Of a DNA stretch of 64,000 nt, positions 8,911-17,643 are shown piece by piece. Origin of the DNA: Candidatus Brocadiia bacterium (GTDB lineage Bacteria > Planctomycetota > Brocadiia > SM23-32); assembly GCA_046483385.1 (NCBI GenBank), contig JAWODG010000220.1:1029-65028 (forward strand). Reading direction: 5' to 3'. Under the pieces are notes generated by a model. It worked only from the letters and a program-made list of their open reading frames with translations. It was not told the DNA's origin and did no database searches. A program made the position numbers and the translations under genes. The number at the start of each line of letters is the position of its first letter. The first letter of the stretch is position 1.

Positions 8911-10326
8911 ATGCCCGACCGACGACCGAACGTGATCGTCATTTACACCGACCAGCAGCGCTGGGACACGCTCGGCGCGAACGGGAACGATTTGATCCGA
9001 ACCCCCAACCTGGACCGGATGGCGGCCGAGGGGGTCAACTTCTCCCGCAGCTACTGCACAACCCCGCTGTGCACGCCGTCGCGCGCCGCCTTCTTCACCG
9101 GGCGCTACAACCACTGCAACGGAAGCTACTGGAACGGCATCTACGTGCCCGAAGAAGAGGAGGACTTCGTCGGGCTTCTGAAAGAGGCCGGCTACCGGAC
9201 GGCACTGATCGGCAAGGACCATTGCTTCGGCGAAGAGCGTCTGGACCGCATCTTCGACGACATGCGACTCGCGCATCACTGCGTGTTCACGCCGCCGCGC
9301 AACGATACACAGCGTCGCGTCAACGAGGTCCGCGGCGACAAGATGCAGGTGCCCATGGCCGAGGACCCGTTCTCCCCCGAGGAGGACATAACGGGACGTC
9401 TGTTCCGCACGGCCTGCGAGTTTCTGGCTGACGCCGGCGACCAACCATTTTTCCTGTGGCTCTCGATACCGGACCCGCATCCGCCCTACATGGTCTGCGA
9501 ACCCTACGCCAGCATGTACGATCCGGCCGACATTCCCCCGCCGGCGTGGGAGGAAGGAGAGACCGACAACAAGCCTTACCGCCAGCAGCTCGTGGTCCAG
9601 TGGGACCGCTACGGGCACGAGTATCCCGGAGACGATATCCGCAAACTGATCGCCATATACTGGGGGATGGTGACTTACATCGATGACGGGGTTGGTGGTC
9701 TTCTGGACCGGCTCGCCGCGCTCGGTCTTGACGAGGACACGATCCTGGTCTTCACCTCCGACCACGGCGATTACATGGGTGATCACCGCATGATCCGCAA
9801 GGGACCGCACCTCTACGACTGCCTCACGCGCGTGCCCCTGATTGTCCACTGGCCCGGTCGCGTCGAACCGCGCGACACCGACGCCATGGTGGAGAACATC
9901 GACGTGATGCCCACTCTATGCGACTTGGCCGGTGTGGAAGTGCACGAGTCGTGCCAGGGCCGAAGCTTCCGGCCTCTGCTGACGGGGGAGACCGAATCAC
10001 ACAGGGACATGGTGCATCTGGAACATGGCCTCCCCGGGACGCCGCTCCGGCCCGGTGAACTATCCGAGGAGGAATACGCGTCCCTGGGCGATTCCACCTC
10101 GCACCACCTGTGCCCCACCATCAGTCGCGGCCCGGTCAAGGGGGTCCGAACGGAGCGGTGGAAGTACTGCTACACGCCAGGCGACGTCGACGAACTGTAT
10201 GATCTTGAAGAGGACCCGGACGAACTGCATAACCTGGCCGACCGGCGGGAATGCGCCGAGGTGGTGCAGACCCACCGCCGGCACATACTTGACTGGCTGA
10301 TAAGAACGGAGAACAGTAGCGCCTGA
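8911..10326 (+). CDS. Formylglycine-dependent sulfatase
   Basis: PNVIVIYTDQQR, CTPSRAAFFTG signature, PDPHPPY, FTSDHGD, ELYDLEEDPDELHNL. Confidence 0.92.
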   Translation: MPDRRPNVIVIYTDQQRWDTLGANGNDLIRTPNLDRMAAEGVNFSRSYCTTPLCTPSRAAFFTGRYNHCNGSYWNGIYVPEEEEDFVGLLKEAGYRTALIGKDHCFGEERLDRIFDDMRLAHHCVFTPPRNDTQRRVNEVRGDKMQVPMAEDPFSPEEDITGRLFRTACEFLADAGDQPFFLWLSIPDPHPPYMVCEPYASMYDPADIPPPAWEEGETDNKPYRQQLVVQWDRYGHEYPGDDIRKLIAIYWGMVTYIDDGVGGLLDRLAALGLDEDTILVFTSDHGDYMGDHRMIRKGPHLYDCLTRVPLIVHWPGRVEPRDTDAMVENIDVMPTLCDLAGVEVHESCQGRSFRPLLTGETESHRDMVHLEHGLPGTPLRPGELSEEEYASLGDSTSHHLCPTISRGPVKGVRTERWKYCYTPGDVDELYDLEEDPDELHNLADRRECAEVVQTHRRHILDWLIRTENSSA

Positions 10327-10353
10327 GCCGCCAGCTTACGGAGAGGTGCTCCG

Positions 10354-11427
10354 ATGAAGAAACTGACGTCGCAACAGCGTGTCCTGACGGCCCTCGCGCA
10401 CGAGGAGCCGGACCGGATGCCGATCGACTACAGCGCGAATCCCGGGATCGACCGGCGGCTCAAAGAACACTTCGGCCTCGACCCGGGCGACTCCGAGGGA
10501 CTCCGCCGGGCACTGGGCGTGGACTTCCGCTGGGTGCAGGCCCCCTACGTGGGGCCCCGGCTGCATGCGGAGGCGGACGAACCGGGCGTGCGAGTCTCCC
10601 CGGACTGGGGCATTCGGTCGCGCCGCGTGCAGCACGGATCCGGCGAGTACTGGGAACCCAGCCCGCACCTGACCGACCTCGACGAAGAGACCGCGGCGGC
10701 CTACCCCATGCCGTCTCCGGACGATTACGACTACGCCTCCGCCCGGGAACAGTGCGAAGGCTACCCGGACCTGTTCGTGAGCACCGGCGCCGGGTTCGAG
10801 GTGATGAACTACACAGGCCGCTTCGTCGGGCACGAGACGATGTATGTGGGTCTGGCGACCGGCGATCCGGCGCTGATGACATTCATCCGGCGGTTCGTGG
10901 AGGCCAAATACGAGGTCGCGCGGCGCACGCTGGAGGCGGCCGGCGGCCGGATCAACTGCCTGTGGATGGGCGAGGACCTCGGCACCCAGCGCGGCCCCCG
11001 CATCAGCAAGTCCCTCTTTCGGGAGAAGATCCGTCCCATCCATCAGCGCTTCGTGGACCTGGCCAAAGAGCATGGTCTGGCGGTCATGATACACTCCTGC
11101 GGCTCCTCGAGCTGGGCCTTCGAGGACTTCATCGAGATGGGTATCGACGCGGTGGACACCCTGCAGCCGGAGGCGGCGGACATGGCGCCGGAATACCTCA
11201 AGAGCACCTACGGCGACCGACTGGCCTTCCACGGGTGCATAAGCACCGCGGGCCCCGTCGAGAGAGGGACGGCCGAAGAGACGGCTGACTACTGCCGCCG
11301 CACGCTGGAGGTCATGATGCCGGGCGGCGGATATTGTTTCGCCCCCACGCACCAACTGCAGGACGACTCACCCACGGAGAACGTGCTGGCCATGTACCGC
11401 ACCGCCCGGACGGAGGGGATCTACTGA
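10354..11427 (+). CDS. Uroporphyrinogen decarboxylase family protein (MtaA/CmuA-like)
   Basis: ALAHEEPDRMP, GEDLGTQRGP, HSCG, GGGYCFAPTHQLQDDSPTENVLAMY. Confidence 0.85.
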   Translation: MKKLTSQQRVLTALAHEEPDRMPIDYSANPGIDRRLKEHFGLDPGDSEGLRRALGVDFRWVQAPYVGPRLHAEADEPGVRVSPDWGIRSRRVQHGSGEYWEPSPHLTDLDEETAAAYPMPSPDDYDYASAREQCEGYPDLFVSTGAGFEVMNYTGRFVGHETMYVGLATGDPALMTFIRRFVEAKYEVARRTLEAAGGRINCLWMGEDLGTQRGPRISKSLFREKIRPIHQRFVDLAKEHGLAVMIHSCGSSSWAFEDFIEMGIDAVDTLQPEAADMAPEYLKSTYGDRLAFHGCISTAGPVERGTAEETADYCRRTLEVMMPGGGYCFAPTHQLQDDSPTENVLAMYRTARTEGIY

Positions 11428-11660
11428 GGCGCTGTCCATCGGCCGTCTGTCCGTGAAAGGGCCCGTTACTCGTCCTGCGAGCGAGTCACACTGATGGAGC
11501 CGTGTCGGCCGGGCTCGCCCCGCCGGGCGCCCGCCCGGCCCGGCAGGCCATCTGCCCCGTCGCGTCCGGGCTGACCGTCCCAGCTACCTCTGTCGGGCCG
11601 TGACGCGGTCCGTTTGCCGACGGCCGGAGGGGGTAACGCCGTCCGATTCCGGATTTAGTC

Positions 11661-11688
11661 TTGACACAGCGCCAACTTAGGTCATAAT
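11661..11688 (+). promoter_or_regulatory. Putative sigma70 promoter of the response regulator
   Basis: TTGACA, 16-bp spacer, CATAAT, about 100 bp upstream of the GTG start. Confidence 0.5.
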
Positions 11689-11790
11689 CAGAGGCACTGG
11701 GAACGTCCGGCTGTGCCACATTCCCCCGTGTGGCCGCGCCACCGGGGCCATGGCAGCTGACTGAACACTGAGAGTGGCCGAAGCGAACCT

Positions 11791-12447
11791 GTGAGCCCCA
11801 TACGCATACTGCTGGCCGATGACCATAAGATCGTCCGCGACGGCCTCTGCTCGCTGATCGAGCATCAGCCCGACATGGAAGTTGTCGGCGAGGCGCAGAA
11901 CGGCCGGGAGACTATCGAACTGGTGGACGAGTTGATGCCGGACGTCGTGCTGATGGACGTCGGCATGCCGGACCTGAATGGCATCGAGGCCACCCGCCAG
12001 ATCACCAACAACCACGCCGCCGTTAAGGTCGTCGGCCTCTCGATGCACTCCGACGGGCAGTTCGTCACCGAAATGCTGGAGGCTGGGGCGTCCGGCTACC
12101 TGCTGAAGGACAGCGCGTTCGAGGAGCTCTCCACCGCGCTGCACGAGGTGGTGGGAGACAGAATGTATCTGAGCCCGAAAATCGCCGGCCCCGCCATCGA
12201 CGAGTATCAGAGACGGCTCGCCGGCGGCGCCTCCGGCGACAGTTCCCCCCTCTCGCCCCGGGAACGGGAGGTGCTCCAACTTTTGGCCGAGGGACTGGTC
12301 TCCAAGCAGATCGCCGCCCGCCTGAACATAAGCGTCAAGACCATCGAGACCCACCGCAGCCGGCTGATGAAGAAACTCGGCATCCACAGCGTCGCCGAGC
12401 TCACCAAGTACGCCATCCGGCAGGGACTCACCCCTCTGGAAGACTGA
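11791..12447 (+). CDS. NarL/FixJ-family response regulator (REC + LuxR HTH)
   Basis: ILLADDH, LMDVGMPDLNGIEAT, GASGYLLK, LSPREREVLQLLAEG..SKQIAARLNISVKTIETHR. Confidence 0.95.
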   Translation: MSPIRILLADDHKIVRDGLCSLIEHQPDMEVVGEAQNGRETIELVDELMPDVVLMDVGMPDLNGIEATRQITNNHAAVKVVGLSMHSDGQFVTEMLEAGASGYLLKDSAFEELSTALHEVVGDRMYLSPKIAGPAIDEYQRRLAGGASGDSSPLSPREREVLQLLAEGLVSKQIAARLNISVKTIETHRSRLMKKLGIHSVAELTKYAIRQGLTPLED

Positions 12448-12450
12448 TCC

Positions 12451-12541
12451 TGTGGGGACATTCCCCACAATCCCCGCCCGTCTCGGGTAACCGCACCGTG
12501 TGTGTGGGGATTTCCCCACCCACAATTGGGGTTTTTCCCGA
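12451..12541. promoter_or_regulatory. Three palindromic putative operator sites
   Basis: TGTGGGGA-CAT-TCCCCACA (12451-12469), GTGGGGA-TT-TCCCCAC (12504-12519), TTGGGGTTTTTCCCGA (12526-12541). Confidence 0.55.
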
Positions 12542-12702
12542 CTTCACAGACCCCTCCGCCGCCCTTATCCTTTTCTTTTGAACGAGGGCGGAGAATCGAC
12601 ACACTGAACGCGCCCTCTGGAAGGCTCTGTGAAAACGACAAAGACTAACCGCTCCAACCTCCGAAGACCATCTTGGGTGGGAGCAGACGGAGGGGGAGAT
12701 AC

Positions 12703-12868
12703 AGGAGGCTTCGCCGGATCGGGGGGGCCCGCTGGGCGCAACCGTTGGACCTCAGGGTTCTTTCCGGTTGTTCCGTCCCGGCCTCTGGCCGGAATCGGTT
12801 CAAGGGGGCCCGGTCGTGGACCCTGCGACCCACGGTGTCCAGCGAGTGCCGGCGAAGCTTCCTTTTCT
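12703..12868 (+). ncRNA. Candidate structured RNA (long rod hairpin), family unknown
   Basis: Nested pairings 12703-12717/12849-12863, 12730-12739/12835-12844 and 12753-12760/12818-12825, apical hairpin CCGGCC-TCT-GGCCGG, T-run after the stem; G-U wobbles all on the + strand. Confidence 0.45.
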
Positions 12869-12911
12869 TATCCTTGTGACTTTTTGACACCAGGCGCCCG
12901 GGGGTAACAGT

Positions 12912-13298
12912 ATGCCCGGACAAGGCAGAAGGCTGGTCAAACGGATGGGTAAAGCAGCCCGATTAGCAAGGTGGACAGATGTGCTTATACGCCGCCGCGA
13001 CGCCGCGCTGGCCGCCGGTGACAGCGCGGGGGCCGAAGAGTGGAACGCATCGCTCCGCGTAATCAACACGAAGATAATACCGCTGGCATGTGCGGCCACC
13101 GTTTGGGTCGCCGGACGGGCCAGCCGCGCAGCGTACGAGGGACGCAACGAACAGGAGTGGTATCGCGCCGTCTCATCGGGACTCGGCGAACGCGAACGGG
13201 ACGAGCTGGACATGGCCGTTGTGCTGCTCCGCGCGGCCGACCTGTGGCCCTGGGAAGACGCCAGGCCCGTGGCTGCGCCACGACGCGCCGCAAATTAG
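12912..13298 (+). CDS. Hypothetical protein
   Basis: 128-aa ORF co-oriented with the redox cluster; no recognised family. Confidence 0.5.
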   Translation: MPGQGRRLVKRMGKAARLARWTDVLIRRRDAALAAGDSAGAEEWNASLRVINTKIIPLACAATVWVAGRASRAAYEGRNEQEWYRAVSSGLGERERDELDMAVVLLRAADLWPWEDARPVAAPRRAAN

Positions 13299-13325
13299 GA
13301 ATGACTCCACAGGGGGAGATGGACC

Positions 13326-13631
13326 GTGGCCGACGCCAAACCATGGTATGTGGAGAACTCACCGGAGATCGGTCAGTCGTTTGCTGACTTCTACCGCGCC
13401 GTCAACGAAAAGGGGGTGCTCGACAAGAAGACCAAGGAATTGCTGATGGCCGCGCTGGCCTGCGTGTTCCGGTGTCCGCACTGCACCGAGGAGCACATCA
13501 AGGGGGCACTTGAGGCCGGTGCAAGCAAACAGGAGGTGACCGAGGCCCTGCTGATAGCGGCCGTCGAAGGGGCCGGCACGCAGACGGCATGGGCCAAGGA
13601 GATATTCAGAGAATACCTGGGGAAAGACTGA
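13326..13631 (+). CDS. Carboxymuconolactone decarboxylase/AhpD-like protein
   Basis: GVLDKKTKELL..ALA..FRCPHCTEEHIKGALEAGASKQEVTEAL with CxxC. Confidence 0.88.
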   Translation: MADAKPWYVENSPEIGQSFADFYRAVNEKGVLDKKTKELLMAALACVFRCPHCTEEHIKGALEAGASKQEVTEALLIAAVEGAGTQTAWAKEIFREYLGKD

Positions 13632-13725
13632 GACCCGCAAGAGGGGCAATGGGGAATGCGTGGCCTGACGACTCAGAGAGTACCCGGGGAACGACTGAAG
13701 CCCGCAAGAGGGGAAACGGGGAATG
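13606..13725 (+). repeat. Degenerate direct duplication (53 bp, 67-bp period)
   Basis: 13606-13658 vs 13673-13725, 46/53 identical by manual alignment. Confidence 0.75.
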
Positions 13726-13956
13726 TTTGATCTGACCATCATGTGCACGGGTTGTGGAAGAAAGGTGTACCGGGTCGTGGACGAAACGTGCGCACCCTCC
13801 AGGGTACGCTGCACGTGCGGGGCACAGTACTTCCTGAGGGTAGAGGAGGACGACCCGCGCGCTCCACTGCCCGACATCGATTACGACGGCAACGAGGGGG
13901 AATTCACCGGCGCCGGCTCGACCTCCGCCAACGCGGAGCAGGCGATGGCCGGGTAG
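13723..13956 (+). CDS. Small Cys-rich (zinc-ribbon-like) protein
   Basis: CTGC...C....RCTCG followed by an acidic tail; purine-rich RBS upstream. Confidence 0.55.
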   Translation: MFDLTIMCTGCGRKVYRVVDETCAPSRVRCTCGAQYFLRVEEDDPRAPLPDIDYDGNEGEFTGAGSTSANAEQAMAG

Positions 13957-14034
13957 GGCACGTGGCGACGCCGGCCGGGCCGGATTACCCCCATCGGAGC
14001 CAACAAGAACACGCAGGAGGCGAATTACATAGAG

Positions 14035-14394
14035 ATGCCCGCTCAAAGCGAATCAATGAAAGCGCCGGCGTACGCGCAGCTCGACACCGCCGCACTGGCG
14101 GCTCTGCTGCGCGGCGGGGCCGGGCTTGTGCTGCTGGACGCACGGGGCGAGGACGCCGAGGAGACCATACCCGGCAGCGTCCCGCTTTCGGTCAAGAGCA
14201 CCGCTTCGGACGTCGAGCAGGCCGTCGGCGATAAGGACGCCCTGCTGGTGACTTTCTGCACGAATCTCCACTGTCCACTGAGCAACGAGCTCTTCGATCT
14301 GCTCAAGAACATGGAGTACGAGAACGTCATCGACTATCCGGATGGGCTGGCCGGCTGGAAGGCGGCCGGCTACCCGGTCGAGAAACCCGGTTGA
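14035..14394 (+). CDS. Rhodanese-like domain protein
   Basis: LVLLDARG..ETIPGS, VTFCTNLHCPLS, YENVIDYPDGLAGWKAAGYPVE. Confidence 0.85.
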   Translation: MPAQSESMKAPAYAQLDTAALAALLRGGAGLVLLDARGEDAEETIPGSVPLSVKSTASDVEQAVGDKDALLVTFCTNLHCPLSNELFDLLKNMEYENVIDYPDGLAGWKAAGYPVEKPG

Positions 14395-14431
14395 CCTTTC
14401 CGCCCTTCCACCCATAGACAAGGAGCCCCCA

Positions 14432-14953
14432 ATGACGCAGCAGGTGCAGGAGAGAACGGTCACCCTGGAGGACGAACCGGTTACTCTGGTCGGGCGCATG
14501 CCATGCCTCGGGGATGCGGCACCCGACTTTCTGGCCGTCGCCGGTGACCTCTCGACGGTCGCGTTCTCGTCTTTTCGCGGCGAACCCGTCGTGCTGTCGT
14601 CCGTCGTATCCGTGGACACCGACGTGTGCCGGGCTCAGACACTCCGCTTCAACGAAGAGGCGGGGCAACTGGGACCCGACGTGCAGATTCTGACCCTGAG
14701 CATGGACCTGCCGTTCGCCCTCGAGCGCTGGCGGCGCGAGGAGGGTGTCGAGGACGTCATCACGCTGTCCGACCACCGTGATGCCGCCTTCGGCACCAAC
14801 TACGGTCTGCTGATGAAAGACCTCCGCCTGCTGGCTCGGGCCGTGCTGGTGGTGGACCGCGAGGGCGTGATCCGGCACAAGCAAATTGTGCCCGAGGTCA
14901 CCGACGAACCGGACTACGAGGCGGCGCTTGCGGCCTTGAAGGACTGGGTCTGA
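14432..14953 (+). CDS. tpx: Thiol peroxidase (Tpx-type peroxiredoxin)
   Basis: GDAAPDF, SVDTDVC peroxidatic motif, SMDLPFA, LSDHRDAAFG..YG, LLARAV, EVTDEPDYEAAL; ATG 14432 after AAGGAG. Confidence 0.88.
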   Translation: MTQQVQERTVTLEDEPVTLVGRMPCLGDAAPDFLAVAGDLSTVAFSSFRGEPVVLSSVVSVDTDVCRAQTLRFNEEAGQLGPDVQILTLSMDLPFALERWRREEGVEDVITLSDHRDAAFGTNYGLLMKDLRLLARAVLVVDREGVIRHKQIVPEVTDEPDYEAALAALKDWV

Positions 14954-15015
14954 CGGTCTCCGGCCGCGCGCAGCGAATGTACTGGACCCCACTTCCGGAA
15001 GGAGCAGAGGCAGAG

Positions 15016-15411
15016 ATGGCGAAGCTTGGCGAGAAGATACAGACCGAAGACTACATGAATGAGAAGCACGTGCCCGTAATCGAGTGCCCCGAGCAGGTGG
15101 AATCCGGGGAGATGTTCGAGGTCAAGGTGAGCCTCGGCAAGGCCATCGCCCATCCCAACACCACCGAGCATCATATCCGCTGGATTGAACTCCATTTCCA
15201 CCCGGAGGGCGAGGACTACGTCCACGACGTGGGCCGGTTCGAGTTCAACTCGCACGGGGAAGGCACCGACGGACCGAACAAGGGCGCCGTGCACACCCAT
15301 CACTGCGCGGCGGCCATGATGCAGACGACCAGTCCGGGCACGCTGCACGCGTTGGCCTACTGCAACATCCACGGGCTCTGGGAGTCAAGCCGCGAACTGC
15401 CCCTTAAGTAA
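15016..15411 (+). CDS. Superoxide reductase, class II (neelaredoxin/SORL)
   Basis: EKHVPVIECP, HPNTTEHHIRWI and YCNIHGLWE iron ligands. Confidence 0.9.
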   Translation: MAKLGEKIQTEDYMNEKHVPVIECPEQVESGEMFEVKVSLGKAIAHPNTTEHHIRWIELHFHPEGEDYVHDVGRFEFNSHGEGTDGPNKGAVHTHHCAAAMMQTTSPGTLHALAYCNIHGLWESSRELPLK

Positions 15412-15444
15412 ACAGGACAGCCCACCCTCGCCCGTCGAGGGTAA

Positions 15445-15506
15445 CGCGCCGTTCCGGAATGCAGCATCCGCCGTCCCAACGGCGGCCGGAACGGCGCGCA
15501 TCTTTC
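15445..15506. terminator. Stem-loop between convergent genes, probable terminator
   Basis: 13-bp perfect inverted repeat CGCGCCGTTCCGG/CCGGAACGGCGCG enclosing a second hairpin, followed by CATCTTTC. Confidence 0.5.
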
Positions 15507-15509
15507 GGC

Positions 15510-16490
15510 TTACCTCATCGCCCCCTGCAGGGCTCCCCGGTAGTACACGAACAGGCGGAAGATGAACACGATCATAACCACCGCCACGGCCACCCAGATG
15601 ACCTTTGAGATGACGGAGACGACGGCGCGCATGGCATAGCGCGCCTGCTCGGCGTGGTGGTCGGCCAGCCAGTCGAAGCGCCGCGACAGCATTCCCGACT
15701 CCTCGGCCACCTCGACGATCTCCGTGTACTGTGGAGGGAAGACCCCGGCCTCTCTCAGGGCCCCCGTCAGCGTCGCCCCAACGTCAATGGCCCTTCTCAC
15801 CCTTTCGGCCCGCGCGGCGAAGGCGCCGTTCCCGGTCACCTCCATGGCACGCTCGACCCCTTCGGTGATGGGCACTCCGGCCTCAAGGGTCAGATGCATT
15901 ACGCGGCTGAAGCGGGCCAGAGCCAGCGCGCGGGAGATGCCGCCGAGCACGGGGAGCCTCAAGGCAATCTCATGGAACCGCCGGGTGCCCGCCAGCGGCT
16001 TCAGCACGAACTGATAGGCCAGGATGCCGCCGACCGGGACGCCGTAGCCCAACAGCGCCACCCAGAACGGGCTCCCCAGGTCCGCTCCCAGACGGCCCAG
16101 AACGTAAAGCGCGAAGGTGACCACCCCCACGCCGACGACGTACTCGATCACCGGGAACAGGATACGCGCCAGGAACTCCCGCCGCATGCTGCGGCGGAAC
16201 GTGTAGAACCGCCCCAGTTCCGCCAGCACCTCGTCCAGCGCCCCTCCCGTCTCCCCCACTTCCACCAGCCTCAGGAAGAACTCAGGAAACGCAGCGCTCT
16301 GCTCCATCGCCTCTGACAACGTGCTCCCGGCCTCTATCCGGTCCCTCAAGGTCCCGATGACCGATGCGGCGCGTCCCCGCGCCTGATCCGCCAGCACCTC
16401 CAGCGAACGCGACATCGGCATGCCGGCCTCCAGCATGGTGGCCAGCTCTTCAGAGAAGTTGATAAGCTGCTTTGTTGACAGCCTCGCCAC
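15510..16490 (-). CDS. Type II secretion system F / PilC family protein
   Basis: FSEELATMLEAGMPM..SL, GSTLSEAM..FP, VGETGGALDEVL and second repeat VAEESGML; GTG start after GGAGG. Confidence 0.88.
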   Translation of the reverse strand: MARLSTKQLINFSEELATMLEAGMPMSRSLEVLADQARGRAASVIGTLRDRIEAGSTLSEAMEQSAAFPEFFLRLVEVGETGGALDEVLAELGRFYTFRRSMRREFLARILFPVIEYVVGVGVVTFALYVLGRLGADLGSPFWVALLGYGVPVGGILAYQFVLKPLAGTRRFHEIALRLPVLGGISRALALARFSRVMHLTLEAGVPITEGVERAMEVTGNGAFAARAERVRRAIDVGATLTGALREAGVFPPQYTEIVEVAEESGMLSRRFDWLADHHAEQARYAMRAVVSVISKVIWVAVAVVMIVFIFRLFVYYRGALQGAMR

Positions 16491-16665
16491 GTCCCCCTCC
16501 CGTATCCCTCGGCGGAGTTGAAGGGCCGATTGTAACACAACGCGGGCCTTTGTTAACTCCGCGCGGCTCGAGCGCAGCAATCCGCCCGAAGTTGAGCCAC
16601 GCGCGTACGTTCGTTAGACTGCCCCCACCAGTACTCGGGCGCGTGCGTTCCGACGGAGGCGCATC

Positions 16666-17643
16666 ATGACAACGTTGGGCATTGACGAGACGGGGCGGCG
16701 GTTCACCCTTGACGGAAGCGCCTGCTTCCTGCTGGGAGCCAGCTACTACGGCGCGCTGGGTGCGCCCGAGAACTTCTTTGAAGCCGACCTGTCGGAGCTG
16801 AACGAACGGGGCTTCAACTGGGTGCGCGTCTGGGCCACCTGGGCCTACCGGGGCAACAACGTTTCAGCCGTCACCCCGGAGGGCCGGCCGCGAGAACCTT
16901 ATCTGTCCCAACTCGAAACCATTTGTCGAGTTGCCGACGAGGCGGGGATGGTGGTGGACGTAACTTTGAGCCGCGGCAACGGGCGCGTGGGCAGCGGCCT
17001 GCTGAACGGTCAGGATGGCCACATGGCCGCGGTCACTACCCTGGCGGAGCGCCTGGCGCCCCTGCGCAACGTCTACTTCGACCTGGGCAACGAGCGAGAC
17101 TACGAGGACGCGCGCTTTGTGCCCCTGCTTGAGCTGCAAGAACTGCGGGAGCACCTGGCCGAGGTCGACCCCGCCAGATTGGCCACCGGCTCCCACGTGG
17201 GTGACATCCCCGCAGATAGCCTCAGGCAGGACTTGCGCGTGGCGAGACTGGACTTCGTCACTCCGCATCGCCCCCGCAACCCGGAATCGCCCGGGCAGAC
17301 GGAGGAGAAAACGCGGGAGTACCTTCGTCGGATGGAGGAGCTTGGCCGGGTGGTCCCGGTCCACTACCAGGAACCGATGCGGCGCTCCTTCAAGGATTGG
17401 CAACCGGAGCTTGAACACTTCCTCACCGACCTGCGGGGTGCCGTGCGCGGGGGCGCGGCCGGCTGGTGCCTGCACAATGGGGGCTCGCGAGACGTCGCGG
17501 AGGACGGACGGCCCCGACGTTCCTTCGACATGCGTCCGGAAGAGGGGCGCCTGTTCGAACAGTTGGATGCGGTCGAGCGGGAGGTCGTAGAGCGGGCCTC
17601 CGAGATCGCTGACGAGGCCGCCCCGGATTCGCGCCCCGGCTGA
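16666..17643 (+). CDS. Putative glycoside hydrolase (GH5-like TIM barrel)
   Basis: RFTLDG..FLLGASY, GFNWVRVW, FDLGNE, HYQEP. Confidence 0.6.
   Translation: MTTLGIDETGRRFTLDGSACFLLGASYYGALGAPENFFEADLSELNERGFNWVRVWATWAYRGNNVSAVTPEGRPREPYLSQLETICRVADEAGMVVDVTLSRGNGRVGSGLLNGQDGHMAAVTTLAERLAPLRNVYFDLGNERDYEDARFVPLLELQELREHLAEVDPARLATGSHVGDIPADSLRQDLRVARLDFVTPHRPRNPESPGQTEEKTREYLRRMEELGRVVPVHYQEPMRRSFKDWQPELEHFLTDLRGAVRGGAAGWCLHNGGSRDVAEDGRPRRSFDMRPEEGRLFEQLDAVEREVVERASEIADEAAPDSRPG

Noticed and set aside
11500-11620. Third copy of the tripartite repeat (CCGGGCTGACCGTCCCAGCTAC)
   Set aside because: Only a degenerate B-like hairpin; flanking A hairpins are not convincing
13326-15411. Selenocysteine recoding in the redox genes
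   Set aside because: All ORFs appear full length with Cys or other sense codons; no in-frame TGA at catalytic positions
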